Below, in pieces: positions 1 to 14,400 of a stretch of DNA of 64,000 nucleotides. Location: NCBI GenBank assembly GCA_964016885.1, contig OZ024742.1:24986001-25050000 (forward strand), written 5' to 3'. How positions within the stretch are numbered: the first letter of the stretch is position 1; every line of letters starts with the position of its first letter. This DNA is from Eledone cirrhosa (Eukaryota). The translations under genes and the position numbers were made by a program. The notes under the pieces are model-generated. The model ran no database searches. It worked only from the letters and a program-made list of their open reading frames with translations, and was not told the origin of the DNA.

Positions 1-343
1 CAATAGTAGTAGTATAGTAACAGTAGTAGTAGTGGTAACAACAATAGTAGTTGTAGTAGTAGTGTTGGTGGTAACAACAGTATTAGCAGTAGTGGTGGTG
101 GTAACAGCTGTAGTAGTAGCAACTGTAGTAGTTGTGGTGGTGTTGATAATAGCAGTAGTTTTTGGTGTAACAGCAATAGTACTAGTAGTAACAACAGTAC
201 TCAACTGATAATATACAACTCCATGAGTGACCACCATTAAAACCAGTTCACAGATGGCGGAGAAATAGAACAACAACAATACAAGAAGTAGCAGAGGAGA
301 TAAATTGGTCAAATAACAATTTAACAACTATTAATGTAATGAA

Positions 344-515
344 GGCGTTGGATTGGCAGTATCGGTAGAGGGTCGTACGCCATGCTTTCCAGCATAGTTA
401 CGTCCCTTTACGATCTTTGGATAACTTTGCCTTTCATCCTTACGGGGTCGATAAAATAAAGTACCAGTAATGCACTGGTTAATTGCTGGCCTTGTGCCTA
501 AAGTAGAAACAATTA
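344..515 (+). mobile_element. tRNA-derived SINE, family A (internally deleted copy) with 14-bp TSD
   Basis: A-box-like TGGCAGTATCGG, family core CTTTGCCTTTCATCCTTACGGGGTCGATAAAATAAAGTACCAG, tail GTAGAAACAATTA; ATTAATGTAATGAA duplicated at 330-343 and 512-525. Confidence 0.9.
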
Positions 516-577
516 ATGTAATGAAACATTCTGATGGATTAGTGACTAATATTGAGGACCTAACTGGTTTGGAGATG

Positions 578-1412
578 GTATTGTAGTGGTGATGTAGTGG
601 TGGTGGTGGTGTTGTAGTGGTGGTGGTGGTGGTGGTGGTGGTGTTGTAGTGGTGATGTGGTGGTGGTGGTGTTGTAGTGGTGATGTAGTGGTGGTGTTGT
701 AGTGGTGATGTAGTTGTGGTGGTGGTGTTGTAGTGGTGATGTAGTGGTGGTGGTGTTGTAGTGGTGATGTAGTGCTGGTGTTGTAGTGGTGGTGGTGGTG
801 GTGGTGGTGGTGGTGTAGTGGTGGTGGTGGTGTTGTAGTGGTGGTGGTGTTGTAGTGGTGATGTAGTGGTGGTGGTGGTGTTGTAGTGGTAGTGGTGGTG
901 GTGGTGGTGGGGGTGTTGTAGTGGTGATGGTGGAGTTGTAGAGGTGATGTAGTGGTGATGTAGTGGTGGTGGTGGAGTTGTAGTGGTGATGTAGTGGTGA
1001 TGGTGGTGTTGTAGTGGTGGTGGTGGTGGTGGTGGTGGTGTAGTGGTGATGTAGTGGTGGTGGTGGTGTTGTAGTGGTGGTGGTGTGGTGGCGATGTAGT
1101 GTTGTGGTGGTGATGTAGTGGTGGTGGTGTTGTAGTGGTGGTGGTGGTGATGTAGTGGTGGTGGTGGTGTTGTAGTGGTGATGTAGTGGTGGTGGTGGTG
1201 TTGTAGTGGTGATGTAGTGGTGGTGGTGGTGGTGGTGTAGTGGTGGTGATATTGTAGTGGTGGTGGTTGTGGTGGTGGTGTTGTAGGTGTGATGTAGTGG
1301 TGGTGGTGGTGTTGTAGTAGTGATGTAGTGGTGGTGGTGGTGTAGTGTTGGTTAGGATATAGTAGTTGTGGTAGTTTTGTGGTGTGGTGGTGGTGGTATG
1401 GCAATGGTGTGG
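578..1412. repeat. degenerate (GGT/GTA)n trinucleotide-based low-complexity tract
   Basis: Continuous GGT/GTA/GTT/GAT triplets; source of the spurious His/Thr/Pro ORF 331..1404. Confidence 0.95.
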
Positions 1413-1629
1413 TGTGATTTAATCAACTTTCCCCTCCCCCCAAAATTGCTGGCCTTGTGTCAATAATAGAATTCCTCATATTCTCTCACGGTATTCCTTG
1501 TAAATGATAATGAAGATATTGGCTTAAGAAATATTATTTTATTCTACAAACCTCTTTATACAAAAATAAAACCCACTATTAAAGGATTTGAGATCAACTC
1601 AAACCACCTTTGCCCAGGTCTTCTTTGCT

Positions 1630-1760
1630 CTACATCTTTTGCTGCTTTCTACCACTGGAATATCCTGGGAACTCTTCACCCAAATCCATGAGCATCACAC
1701 TGCAGTTTCCTCTCTTGCACTCCACTAACCAGTGGTGTATTGTTGGGAGTGCTGCTGCAT
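1630..1760 (-). pseudogene. possible mariner transposase N-terminal HTH remnant
   Basis: Minus-strand frame reads AAALPTIHHWLVECKRGNCSV..., resembling the mariner motif APxxxTVxxWxxEFKRGRxS; short and ends in a stop. Confidence 0.45.
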
Positions 1761-2351
1761 CTAAAAAAAAATATATATATATTGTCAGAAAATACTTAAA
1801 TTTTCAAAAAATATTGTTTACTTTGTTCGCTTTTTTTAATTGCACGAAACATAAGTTTGTATTTTATCATATTATTAATATCATATTATCTCTCTTTCTC
1901 TCATTGATTTCTTTTTCTTTTTCTACCTCTGTCAATATATTTATGCATATGTGTATATATATATATATATTAGTACACCCTATACATTGTTAGTGTTGCT
2001 GCCTTCATAGAATATACTTCATCAAGCTTGTGTTGCAAAAAATGGATCCAGTATACTCTCTAAAATTAATCATTTTTTGTTGGAAAATTATGAATGCCTG
2101 CAATTTCTAGGAATTTAATATTATAACCAACTTCCTCATTATTAAGATGCTATTTTAAGCATAATATAACAAAAGTTCTGGCATAAAATTATGATGAAAG
2201 GATTTTTGATAAATACAAACATTTTAAAACAGTTTGTAGCATAGTCAATACAAAGCATTGAGAAATTTGTAGTAAAATACCAATAATTGTTTTTTTTTAA
2301 AGCTGGTACAATGAGGTTGAAAATACGAAGGGTGAATGATGACAAATGAGA

Positions 2352-2460
2352 CAAAACAAAACAAAGTAATGTTTTATCCAGTATATTTTAGAAAGATATT
2401 TCAGGGTTATTACCTTCTTTTCAGATGCAAAGCTAAAACAGTCCAAGACAAAAGAAAATA
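2352..2460 (-). mobile_element. Penelope-like element terminal fragment (solo copy)
   Basis: Reverse complement matches 56085-56190 (TTGGACTGTTTTAGCTTYGCATCTGAAAAGA...CTGAAATATC...TAAAACATTAC), which follows a Penelope-like ORF. Confidence 0.6.
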
Positions 2461-3719
2461 TTTTGTATTTTAGGAACAGGAGCAGGTTTTGATGGTATTA
2501 AAAGGGTTAAAACAAACAGCTTTGTATGATAAAACCAAGGGTTGCTACAAGTACTTTGGTATTAAAGGGGTTAAAACAAACAGCTTCGTATTATAGAACC
2601 AGGGGTTGTTACAAGTATTTTGGTGTCGAGTGTTAACAAAATAGCTGAGAACCTTCTTTGTCATTCAGCAACAAACTTTCTGTTCTCATTAATCTTTTGA
2701 TAGCAATGTGGTATTAATTAGATTACCAGTAGAATTTATATTTAGTGAATGACCAGAAGCTGCCAGTCAATGACATCGCTATTCCACCAACTGTTTTTGT
2801 AGACAATGTGGGAATTGTTCTGAAATGCTAAACACTTGATTCATCAATGTAATCACATATCTAATAATACAATAATTGGTAATCTGCATATTTCAATAGT
2901 TCTCATATTTGTATCCCATTACTGGTAAAATAACAAAATATTTGTAGCTGTATTGATCCAGAAAAGTATTAGTTGAGTATAAAGAAGATGGTCTGGTGTG
3001 GATACTGCATCGTTGAATGGTTAAGAGGTTTGCTTCACAATCATTAGGGTCTGGGTTCTGTCCTACTTCATAGAATCCAAGGTGTCATTAAACATAGCTG
3101 CAAGTTGACACGTGTTGTGAGTAAAATTGGGTTGCCAGAAACTGTTTGAAAGCCTGCCAGATTGACTGTACCTGTAATTCAACTCTTGTCACTGTGTCAT
3201 GTTGAATATCCCCAGGAAATATGTTAAGGGTACACGTGTCTGTGGAATGCTCAGTCACTTACAAATTAACTTAATGAGGAAGTTCTTCTACTGATCAAAT
3301 AACTGGAACACTCATCATTGTAACTGATGGAGGTCCATTTCAGAATGTCTAGCTCTCCAACGGTAAAATAGCAGAATGGTTAGTGTGTAGGGCAAAATAC
3401 TGCAGTGGTATTTGTTGCAACTGCCTGTGATTTGATATGAGTGTTTGCATATCCCCATCAACACTAGGTTTTTGCACTCAAATGATTTTTTTTTATCATT
3501 TGATTGGCCTGATTTCTTGAACTCGATGGCCTTCCTATCTTATCACCAACCTCTTCACAGAGAATGCCAGGTCCATTTTCGTGCTAAAATATCAGATTTT
3601 AACAATCAATATCCCAGACTTCATTTGCTTACTGAGTTTGGTGGAACTCATAAAATTGGACCAAGGAAACAACGTTTCCATTGGTTTTCCATCGCTGATA
3701 CTCTCTACCAGAATATAAT

Positions 3720-4240
3720 CATTATCATTTAACATCCATTTTCCATGATTGCATGGGTGAGATGAGTCATGTTATGAGGCATGTCAGATCCAGAGACCAC
3801 CTCTTGCTCATATGGATCTGTATTTTGGCTTGGGTTCTAAGGCTGGATGCTCTTCTTAACACCAACGATGTTACAGTGTGAACTGAGCATTTTTTATCAT
3901 TACACTGAAACGCCCACTTTATAAGATGAACTGGGCGCTTTTTGTCATGTCACCAACATGAACCTTTTACAGTGTGGACTGGTTACTTTTTGTTGTCGCC
4001 AGTGCAACGACCTTACAGCGTGGACAGGGTCCTTTATCTCATGTCACCATCATGATCACCTTACAGGATGGACCAGGTGCTTTTTCTTGTGTCACCTGCA
4101 CAACCACCTTACAGTTTGGACTGGGTGTTATTTTCTCGTGTCACCATCATGATCACTTTACAGTTTTGACTGGGTGCTTTGACTTGTGTCACCATCATGA
4201 TCTCCTAACACAACGAACTGGATGCTTTTGCTGTTGTGGT
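3720..4240 (-). repeat. SINE family B remnant whose internal segment is expanded into a degenerate ~45-bp tandem repeat
   Basis: Family B tail/body at 3720-3880, then about 8 units like CCTTACAGxxTGGACTGGGTGCTTTTTxxxxTGTCACCA. Confidence 0.65.
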
Positions 4241-4391
4241 ACTGGATCAGCATACAGGGTGGAATTTGCACTAAAATACTTATGGCTGGATACCACTTGT
4301 GAGACTATTTGACAAACAAACTCCATTGAAATGAACTTACACCAAGAATTCCTTCGATGGAGCTGCCACAAGTTCAAGCCAGTAAGTTAAA

Positions 4392-4583
4392 TAATTGTTT
4401 CTACTTTTTGGCACAAGGCCAGCAATTATCCCAATGTATTACTGGTACTTTATTTTATTGACCCCGTAAGGATGAAAGGCAAAATTAACCTCAGCAGGAT
4501 TTGAACTCAGTCTGTAAAGGGACGTAACTGTGCTGCAAAGCATGGCGTCCGACCCTCTACCGATACTGCCAATACACCGCCCT
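4392..4583 (-). mobile_element. SINE family A, full length, 13-bp TSD
   Basis: Reverse complement of the family A sequence; TAAGTTAAATAAT at 4383-4395 and 4585-4597. Confidence 0.9.
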
Positions 4584-5594
4584 TTAAGTTAAATAATAAA
4601 CCAAAACATGGTCTGGATCATTGATAGCCAAGTATATTCAACTCAAGTTAGAGCCAACCAAACCTTAGCTATCAACCATACACACTTTGTATGTCTTCTA
4701 CCATTCAATAACATTCCATTCTATTATCTCTATTGTCAAGTCAGGATAACCAACCGTCTCATAAATAAACTTCTTGGAAAAAGAACGACAAATTTATTAC
4801 AAACAAAAATGAAAAACAAGATTCTTAATTTTCAAACTGTGTGATTTATCTACAAGTCAGTCGATTTCTTCAAATGATAAAGGTAATATAAAGAAATAAT
4901 AAAAAATTAAATTAAGAAAAACAAACTGCCGAATGATAGAGAAGCTGGTTTAGATGACATCAGAGTATTTATTGGCCCACATATTCAAATGTTGGAGTCC
5001 ATCTATATGAAAAGGTGTTATGCAAATGTTAAGATTTTTATCATCATCTCTTGCCATTCTATTTAGAAAGAAACGTTTGTTTTTTTTTTTCAAATGAAAG
5101 GGAAACAGACTTATTTCTCTCTCTTCCGAGAAAGTAAATTCTAATGTGCATTGTTTTAGCTGAAGATTAAAGCAAAAACGGAAAAAAAAAACTTTCACAA
5201 AGATCAACTAAAAAAAGAATAATACTAACAATAACAACGATGATGATGATAGTGGTGATAATAATACTAATATTACCAATAGTAATAATAAGGATGGTAA
5301 TACTAAGAATAAGAATAATACTAACAGCAACAACAATACTAATAATAATAGTGATGATAATAATAATAATTTTGATATTTGGTTTTTGTTTTTCTTTATA
5401 GTTAATTTTAAAATGTTGTGGTTTTTCGCTTGCACAACTCCCAAACCTAGTTTATTATTTGTATCTTCATTGAAGCAATGACATCAAATAATAAAGAAAG
5501 AAAAAATAGAAGAAAAAATGGGGAACAATAGCAACAACTACAACAACAAATACGAGAAATGATAATGAAGAAAAACATTTGAATAACACAAACA

Positions 5595-7634
<2,040 letters not shown>

Positions 7635-7654
7635 TATATATATATATATATATA

Positions 7655-7773
7655 ATGAAGGAAGTGTGGTAAGGAACCAGGTGGACCATAACGCACAAGA
7701 AAACTCAATACTTAGGGTAGTAGAGTGGGTAATAGGAAAATGTTTAACCCCTTGGGCTTAAACATTTTCCTAT
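7655..7773 (+). mobile_element. (TA)n-embedded cassette family C, copy 1
   Basis: Shares GTGGTAARGAACC..TGGACCATAACGCAC..ACTCAATACTTAGGGTAGTAGAGTGGG.AATAGG with 46713-46873, and the 3' part with 34344-34477; ends in a hairpin. Confidence 0.75.
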
Positions 7774-7916
7774 ATATATAAATGAAGTATTTCTGTCAGA
7801 AAGGTACAGGAAAAAAGAGTGCTCTATGTAGGCTACAGAGTTTATTAGTTATGTAATAAACAACATCAGATAATTATTTCATTTTACCAGTGGTTTCTGA
7901 AAAAGAAAAATAATAA

Positions 7917-7960
<44 letters not shown>

Positions 7961-7970
<10 letters not shown>

Positions 7971-8479
7971 GTACACATACATACATATATGTATACAAAC
8001 GTACAGTAGTATGTATATATATATACATACATGCACACATATATATATGTAGGTATGGATTCACCGAACATTTATTATAATGCTCGGTGTGTTTGCAAAC
8101 AAACACCTGTATTAAGCCGTAGTGTCCAGCAAACATCGTAGCTCGTTTGTTCAACACTGACAAAGGAACGCTGTACTTGTTTCAAGCTTATAAGCTATCG
8201 TCAGCAAAGTATACCTTCCTGCCAGATTGTTGAACGTATATACTTACCTTATGCATATTAACGGCTGAGAAGCCCAATTTGCATATCGAATGGGTTAATC
8301 GGCCGGGTGCACCGAAAACGATAAACGGAGAAAATGAAACGAAATTTCATTTCCCACTCTTAGTACGGCTGTTACTTAAATATAAGTATGTACACGTACG
8401 TACATATATGTATACAGACGTACGCTAGTATGTATATATATATACATACATGCACACATATATATATGTACGTATGGAT
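7961..8479 (-). mobile_element. 419-bp-period unit with 100-bp direct repeats and an internal hammerhead-like motif (retrozyme/Penelope pLTR-like)
   Basis: 7961-8060 and 8380-8479 are near-identical; hammerhead-like motif at 8168-8210. Confidence 0.55.
8168..8210 (-). ncRNA. minimal type I hammerhead ribozyme, degenerate
   Basis: Minus strand ACTTTG-CTGACGA-TAGCTTATAAGCTT-GAAA-CAAG-TA-CAGCGT: both core boxes, stem II AGCT/AGCT, GUA site, stem I with one mismatch. Confidence 0.6.
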
Positions 8480-11400
8480 GTACTGTATGGTGGTACTGTA
8501 TGTTGTGAGTATCTAGTTAGTTCAAGAGAGGTGTAGGTGAGGTGGTACTGTATGTTTTGAGTATCTAGCTAGTTCAAGGGAGGTGTAGGTGGAGTGGTAC
8601 TGTATGTTGTGAGTATCTAGCTAGTTCAAGAGAGGTGTAAGTGAGGTGGTACTGTATGTTGTGAGTATCTAGCTAGTTCAAGAGAGGTGTAGGTGAGGTG
8701 GTACTGTATGTTGTGAGTATCTAGCTAGTTCAAGAGAGGTGTAGGTGAGGTGGTACTGTATGTTGTGAGTATCTAGCTAGTACAAGAGAGGTGTAGGTGG
8801 GATGGTACTGTATGTTGTGAGTATCTAGCTAGTTCAAGAGAGGTGTAGGTGAGGTGGTACTGTATGTTGTGAGTATCTAGCTAGTACAAGAGAGGTGTAG
8901 GTGGGATGGTACTGTATGTTGTGAGTATCTAGCTAGTTCAAGAGAGGTGTAGGTGAGGTGGTACTGTATGTTGTGAGTATCTTGCTAGTTCAAGAGAGGT
9001 GTAGGTGAGGTGGTACTGTATGTTGTGAGTATCTAGCTAGTTCAAGAGAGGTGTAGGTGAGGTGGTACTGTAAGTTGTGAGTATCTAGCTAGTTCAAGAG
9101 AGGTGTAGGTGGGGTGGTACTGTATGTTGTGAGTATCTAGTTAGTTCAAGAGAGGTGTGGTGGGGGTGGTACTGTATGTTGTGAGTATCTAGTTAGTTCA
9201 AGACAGGTGTAGGTGTGGTGGTACTGTATGTTGTGAGTATCTAGTTAGTTCAAGAGAGGTGTGGTTGGGGTGGTACTGTATGTTGTGAGTATCTAGCTAG
9301 TTCAAGAGAGGTGTAGGTGGGGTGGTACTGTATGTTGTGAGTATCTTGCTAGTTCAAGAGAGGTGTAGTTGGGGTGGTACTGTATGTTGTGAGTATCTTG
9401 CTAGTTCAAGAGAGGTGTAGGTGAGGTGGTACTGTATGTTGTGAGTATATAGTTAGTTCAAGAGAGGTGTAGTTGGGGTGGTACTGTATGTTGTGAGTAT
9501 CTTGCTAGTTCAAGAGAGGTGTAGGTGGGGTGGTACTGTATGTTGTGAGTATCTAGCTAGTTCAAGAGAGGTGTAGGTCGGGTGGTAGTGTATGTTGTGA
9601 GTATCTAGCTAGTACAAGGGAGGTGTAGGTGGGGTGGTACTGTATGTTGTGAATATGTAGCTAGTTCAAGAGAGGTGTAGGTGAGGTGGTACTGTATGTT
9701 GTGAGTATCTATCTAGTTCAAGAGAGGTGTTGGTGGGGTGGTACTGTATGTTGTGAGTATCTAGTTAGTTAAGGAGAGGTGTAGGTGGGGTGGTACTGTA
9801 TGTTGTGAGTATCTAGATAGTTCAAGAGAGGTGTAGGTGGGGTGGTACTGTATGTTGTGAGTATCTAGCTAGTTCAAGAGAGGTGTAGGTGAGGTGGTAC
9901 TGTATGTTGTGAGTATCTAGCTAGTTCAAGAGAGGTGTAGGTGAGGTGGTACTGTATGTTGTGAGTATCTAGCTAGTACAAGAGAGGTGTAGGTGGGATG
10001 GTACTGTATGTTGTGAGTATCTAGCTAGTTCAAGAGAGGTGTAGGTGAGGTGGTACTGTATGTTGTGAGTATCTAGCTAGTACAAGAGAGGTGTAGGTGG
10101 GATGGTACTGTATGTTGTGAGTATCTAGCTAGTTCAAGAGAGGTGTAGGTGAGGTGGTACTGTATGTTGTGAGTATCTTGCTAGTTCAAGAGAGGTGTAG
10201 GTGAGGTGGTACTGTATGTTGTGAGTATCTAGCTAGTACAAGAGAGGTGTAGGTGGGATGGTACTGTATGTTGTGAGTATCTAGCTAGTTCAAGAGAGGT
10301 GTAGTTGGGGTGGTACTGTATGTTGTGAGTATCTTGCTAGTTCAAGAGAGGTGTAGTTGGGGTGGTACTGTATGTTGTGAGTATCTTGCTAGTTCAAGAG
10401 AGGTGTAGGTGAGGTGGTACTGTATGTTGTGAGTATATAGTTAGTTCAAGAGAGGTGTAGTTGGGGTGGTACTGTATGTTGTGAGTATCTTGCTAGTTCA
10501 AGAGAGGTGTAGGTGGGGTGGTACTGTATGTTGTGAGTATCTAGCTAGTTCAAGAGAGGTGTAGGTCGGGTGGTAGTGTATGTTGTGAGTATCTAGCTAG
10601 TACAAGGGAGGTGTAGGTGGGGTGGTACTGTATGTTGTGAATATGTAGCTAGTTCAAGAGAGGTGTAGGTGAGGTGGTACTGTATGTTGTGAGCATCTAT
10701 CTAGTTCAAGAGAGGTGTTGGTGGGGTGGTACTGTATGTTGTGAGTATCTAGTTAGTTAAGGAGAGGTGTAGGTGGGGTGGTACTGTATGTTGTGAGTAT
10801 CTAGATAGTTCAAGAGAGGTGTAGGTGGGGTGGTACTGTATGTTGTGAGTATCTAGCTAGTTCAAGAGAGGTGTAGGTGAGGTGGTACTGTATGTTATGA
10901 GTATCTAGCTAGTTCAAGAGAGGCGTAAGTGAGGTGGTACTGTATGTTGTGAGTATCTAGTTAGTTCAAGAGAGGTGTAGGTGGGGTGGTACTGTATGTT
11001 GTGAGTATCAAGTTAGTTAAAGAGAGGTGTAGGTGGGGTGGTACTGTATGTTGTGTGTATCTAGCTAGTTCAAGAGAAGTGTAGGTGAGGTGGTACTGTA
11101 TGTTGTGAGTATCTAGCTAGTTCAAGAGAGGCGTAAGTGAGGTGGTACTGTATGTTGTGAGTATCTAGCTAGTTCAAGAGAGGTGTAGGTGGGGTGGTAC
11201 TGTATGTTGTGAGTATCTAGTTAGTTCAAGAGAGGCGTAGGTGAGGTGGTACTGTATGTTGTGAGTATCTAGCTAGTTCAAGAGAGGTGTAGGTGGGGTG
11301 GTACTGTATGTTGTAAGTAACTAGCTAGTTCAAGAGAGGTGTAGGTGGGGTGGTACTGTATGTTGTGAGTATCTAGCTAGTTCAAGAGAGGTGTAGGTGG

Positions 11401-14400
11401 GGTGGTACTGTATGTTGTGAGTATCTAGCTAGTCCAAGAGAGGTTTAGGTGGGGTGGTACTGTATGTTGTGAGTATCTAGCTAGTTCAAGAGAGGTGTAG
11501 GTGGGGTGGTACTGTATGTTGTGAGTATCTAGCTAGTACAAGGGAGGTGTAGGTGAGGTGGTACTGTATGTTGTGAGTATCTAGCTACTTCAAGAGAAGT
11601 GTAGGTGGGGTGGTACTGTATGTTGTGAGTATCTAGCTAGTACAAGGGAGGTGTAGTTGAGGTGGTACTGTATGTTGTGAGTATCTAGTTAGTTCAAGAC
11701 AGGTGTAGGTGAGGTGGTACTGTATGTTGTGAGTATCTAGTTAGTTCAATAGAGGTGTAGGTGGGATGGTACTGTATGCTGTGAGTATCAAGCTAGTTCA
11801 AGAGAGGTGTAAGTAAGGTGGTACTGTATGTTATGAGTATCTAGTTAGTTAAAGAGAGGTGTAGGTGTGGTGGTACTGTATGTTGTGAGTATCTAGTTAG
11901 TTCAATAGAGGTGTAGGTGAGGTGGTACTGTATGTTGTGAGTATCTAGCTAGTTCAAGAGAGGTGTAGGTCGGGTGGTAGTGTATGTTGTGAGTATCTAG
12001 CTAGTACAAGGGAGGTGTAGGTGGGGTGGTACTGTATGTTGTGAATATGTAGCTAGTTCAAGAGAGGTGTAGGTGAGGTGGTACTGTATGTTGTGAGTAT
12101 CTATCTAGTTCAAGAGAGGTGTTGGTGGGGTGGTACTGTATGTTGTGAGTATCTAGTTAGTTAAGGAGAGGTGTAGGTGGGGTGGTACTGTATGTTGTGA
12201 GTATCTAGATAGTTCAAGAGAGGTGTAGGTGGGGTGGTACTGTATGTTGTGAGTATCTAGCTAGTTCAAGAGAGGTGTAGGTGAGGTGGTACTGTATGTT
12301 GTGAGTATCTAGCTAGTTCAAGAGAGGTGTAGGTGAGGTGGTACTGTATGTTGTGAGTATCTAGCTAGTACAAGAGAGGTGTAGGTGGGATGGTACTGTA
12401 TGTTGTGAGTATCTAGCTAGTTCAAGAGAGGTGTAGGTGAGGTGGTACTGTATGTTGTGAGTATCTAGCTAGTACAAGAGAGGTGTAGGTGGGATGGTAC
12501 TGTATGTTGTGAGTATCTAGCTAGTTCAAGAGAGGTGTAGGTGAGGTGGTACTGTATGTTGTGAGTATCTTGCTAGTTCAAGAGAGGTGTAGGTGAGGTG
12601 GTACTGTATGTTGTGAGTATCTAGCTAGTACAAGAGAGGTGTAGGTGGGATGGTACTGTATTTTGTGAGTATCTAGCTAGTTCAAGAGAGGTGTAGTTGG
12701 GGTGGTACTGTATGTTGTGAGTATCTTGCTAGTTCAAGAGAGGTGTAGTTGGGGTGGTACTGTATGTTGTGAGTATCTTGCTAGTTCAAGAGAGGTGTAG
12801 GTGAGGTGGTACTGTATGTTGTGAGTATATAGTTAGTTCAAGAGAGGTGTAGTTGGGGTGGTACTGTATGTTGTGAGTATCTTGCTAGTTCAAGAGAGGT
12901 GTAGGTGGGGTGGTACTGTATGTTGTGAGTATCTAGCTAGTTCAAGAGAGGTGTAGGTCGGGTGGTAGTGTATGTTGTGAGTATCTAGCTAGTACAAGGG
13001 AGGTGTAGGTGGGGTGGTACTGTATGTTGTGAATATGTAGCTAGTTCAAGAGAGGTGTAGGTGAGGTGGTACTGTATGTTGTGAGCATCTATCTAGTTCA
13101 AGAGAGGTGTTGGTGGGGTGGTACTGTATGTTGTGAGTATCTAGTTAGTTAAGGAGAGGTGTAGGTGGGGTGGTACTGTATGTTGTGAGTATCTAGATAG
13201 TTCAAGAGAGGTGTAGGTGGGGTGGTACTGTATGTTGTGAGTATCTAGCTAGTTCAAGAGAGGTGTAGGTGAGGTGGTACTGTATGTTATGAGTATCTAG
13301 CTAGTTCAAGAGAGGCGTAAGTGAGGTGGTACTGTATGTTGTGAGTATCTAGTTAGTTCAAGAGAGGTGTAGGTGGGGTGGTACTGTATGTTGTGAGTAT
13401 CAAGTTAGTTAAAGAGAGGTGTAGGTGGGGTGGTACTGTATGTTGTGTGTATCTAGCTAGTTCAAGAGAAGTGTAGGTGAGGTGGTACTGTATGTTGTGA
13501 GTATCTAGCTAGTTCAAGAGAGGCGTAAGTGAGGTGGTACTGTATGTTGTGAGTATCTAGCTAGTTCAAGAGAGGTGTGGGTGGGGTGGTACTGTATGTT
13601 GTGAGTATCTTGCTAGTTCAAGAGAGGTTTAGGTGGGGTGGTACTGTATGTTGTGAGTATCTAGCTAGTTCAAGAGAGGTGTAGGTGAGGTGGTACTGTA
13701 GGTTGTGAGTATCTAGTTAGTTCAAGACAGGTGTAGGTGAGGTGGTACTGTATGTTGTGAGTATCTAGTTAGTTCAATAGAGGTGTAGGTGGGATGGTAC
13801 TGTATGCTGTGAGTATCAAGCTAGTTCAAGAGAGGTGTAAGTAAGGTGGTACTGTATGTTATGAGTATCTAGTTAGTTAAAGAGAGGGGTAGGTGTGGTG
13901 GTACTGTATGTTGTGAGTATCTAGTTAGTTCAATAGAGGTGTAGGTGGGGTGGTACTGTATGTTGTGAGTATCTAGCTAGTTCAAGAGAAGTGTAGGTGA
14001 GGTGGTACTGTATGTTGTGAGTATCTAGCTAGTTCAAGAGAGGTGTAGGTGAGGTGGTACTGTATGTTGTGAGTATCTAGCTAGTACAAGAGAGGTGTAG
14101 GTGGGATGGTACTGTATGTTGTGAGTATCTAGCTAGTTCAAGAGAGGTGTAGGTGAGGTGGTACTGTATGTTGTGAGTATCTAGCTAGTACAAGAGAGGT
14201 GTAGGTGGGATGGTACTGTATGTTGTGAGTATCTAGCTAGTTCAAGAGAGGTGTAGGTGAGGTGGTACTGTATGTTGTGAGTATCTTGCTAGTTCAAGAG
14301 AGGTGTAGGTGAGGTGGTACTGTATGTTGTGAGTATCTAGCTAGTACAAGAGAGGTGTAGGTGGGATGGTACTGTATGTTGTGAGTATCTAGCTAGTTCA

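Noticed and set aside
331-1404. 357-aa His/Thr/Pro-rich ORF
   Set aside because: Translation of a trinucleotide low-complexity tract running into an antisense SINE
2415-2433. Apparent minus-strand micro-exon (TTTTAG|CTTTGCATCTGAAAAGAAG|GTAATA)
   Set aside because: Lies within a repeat also present at 56085-56190; explained as a Penelope-like terminal sequence
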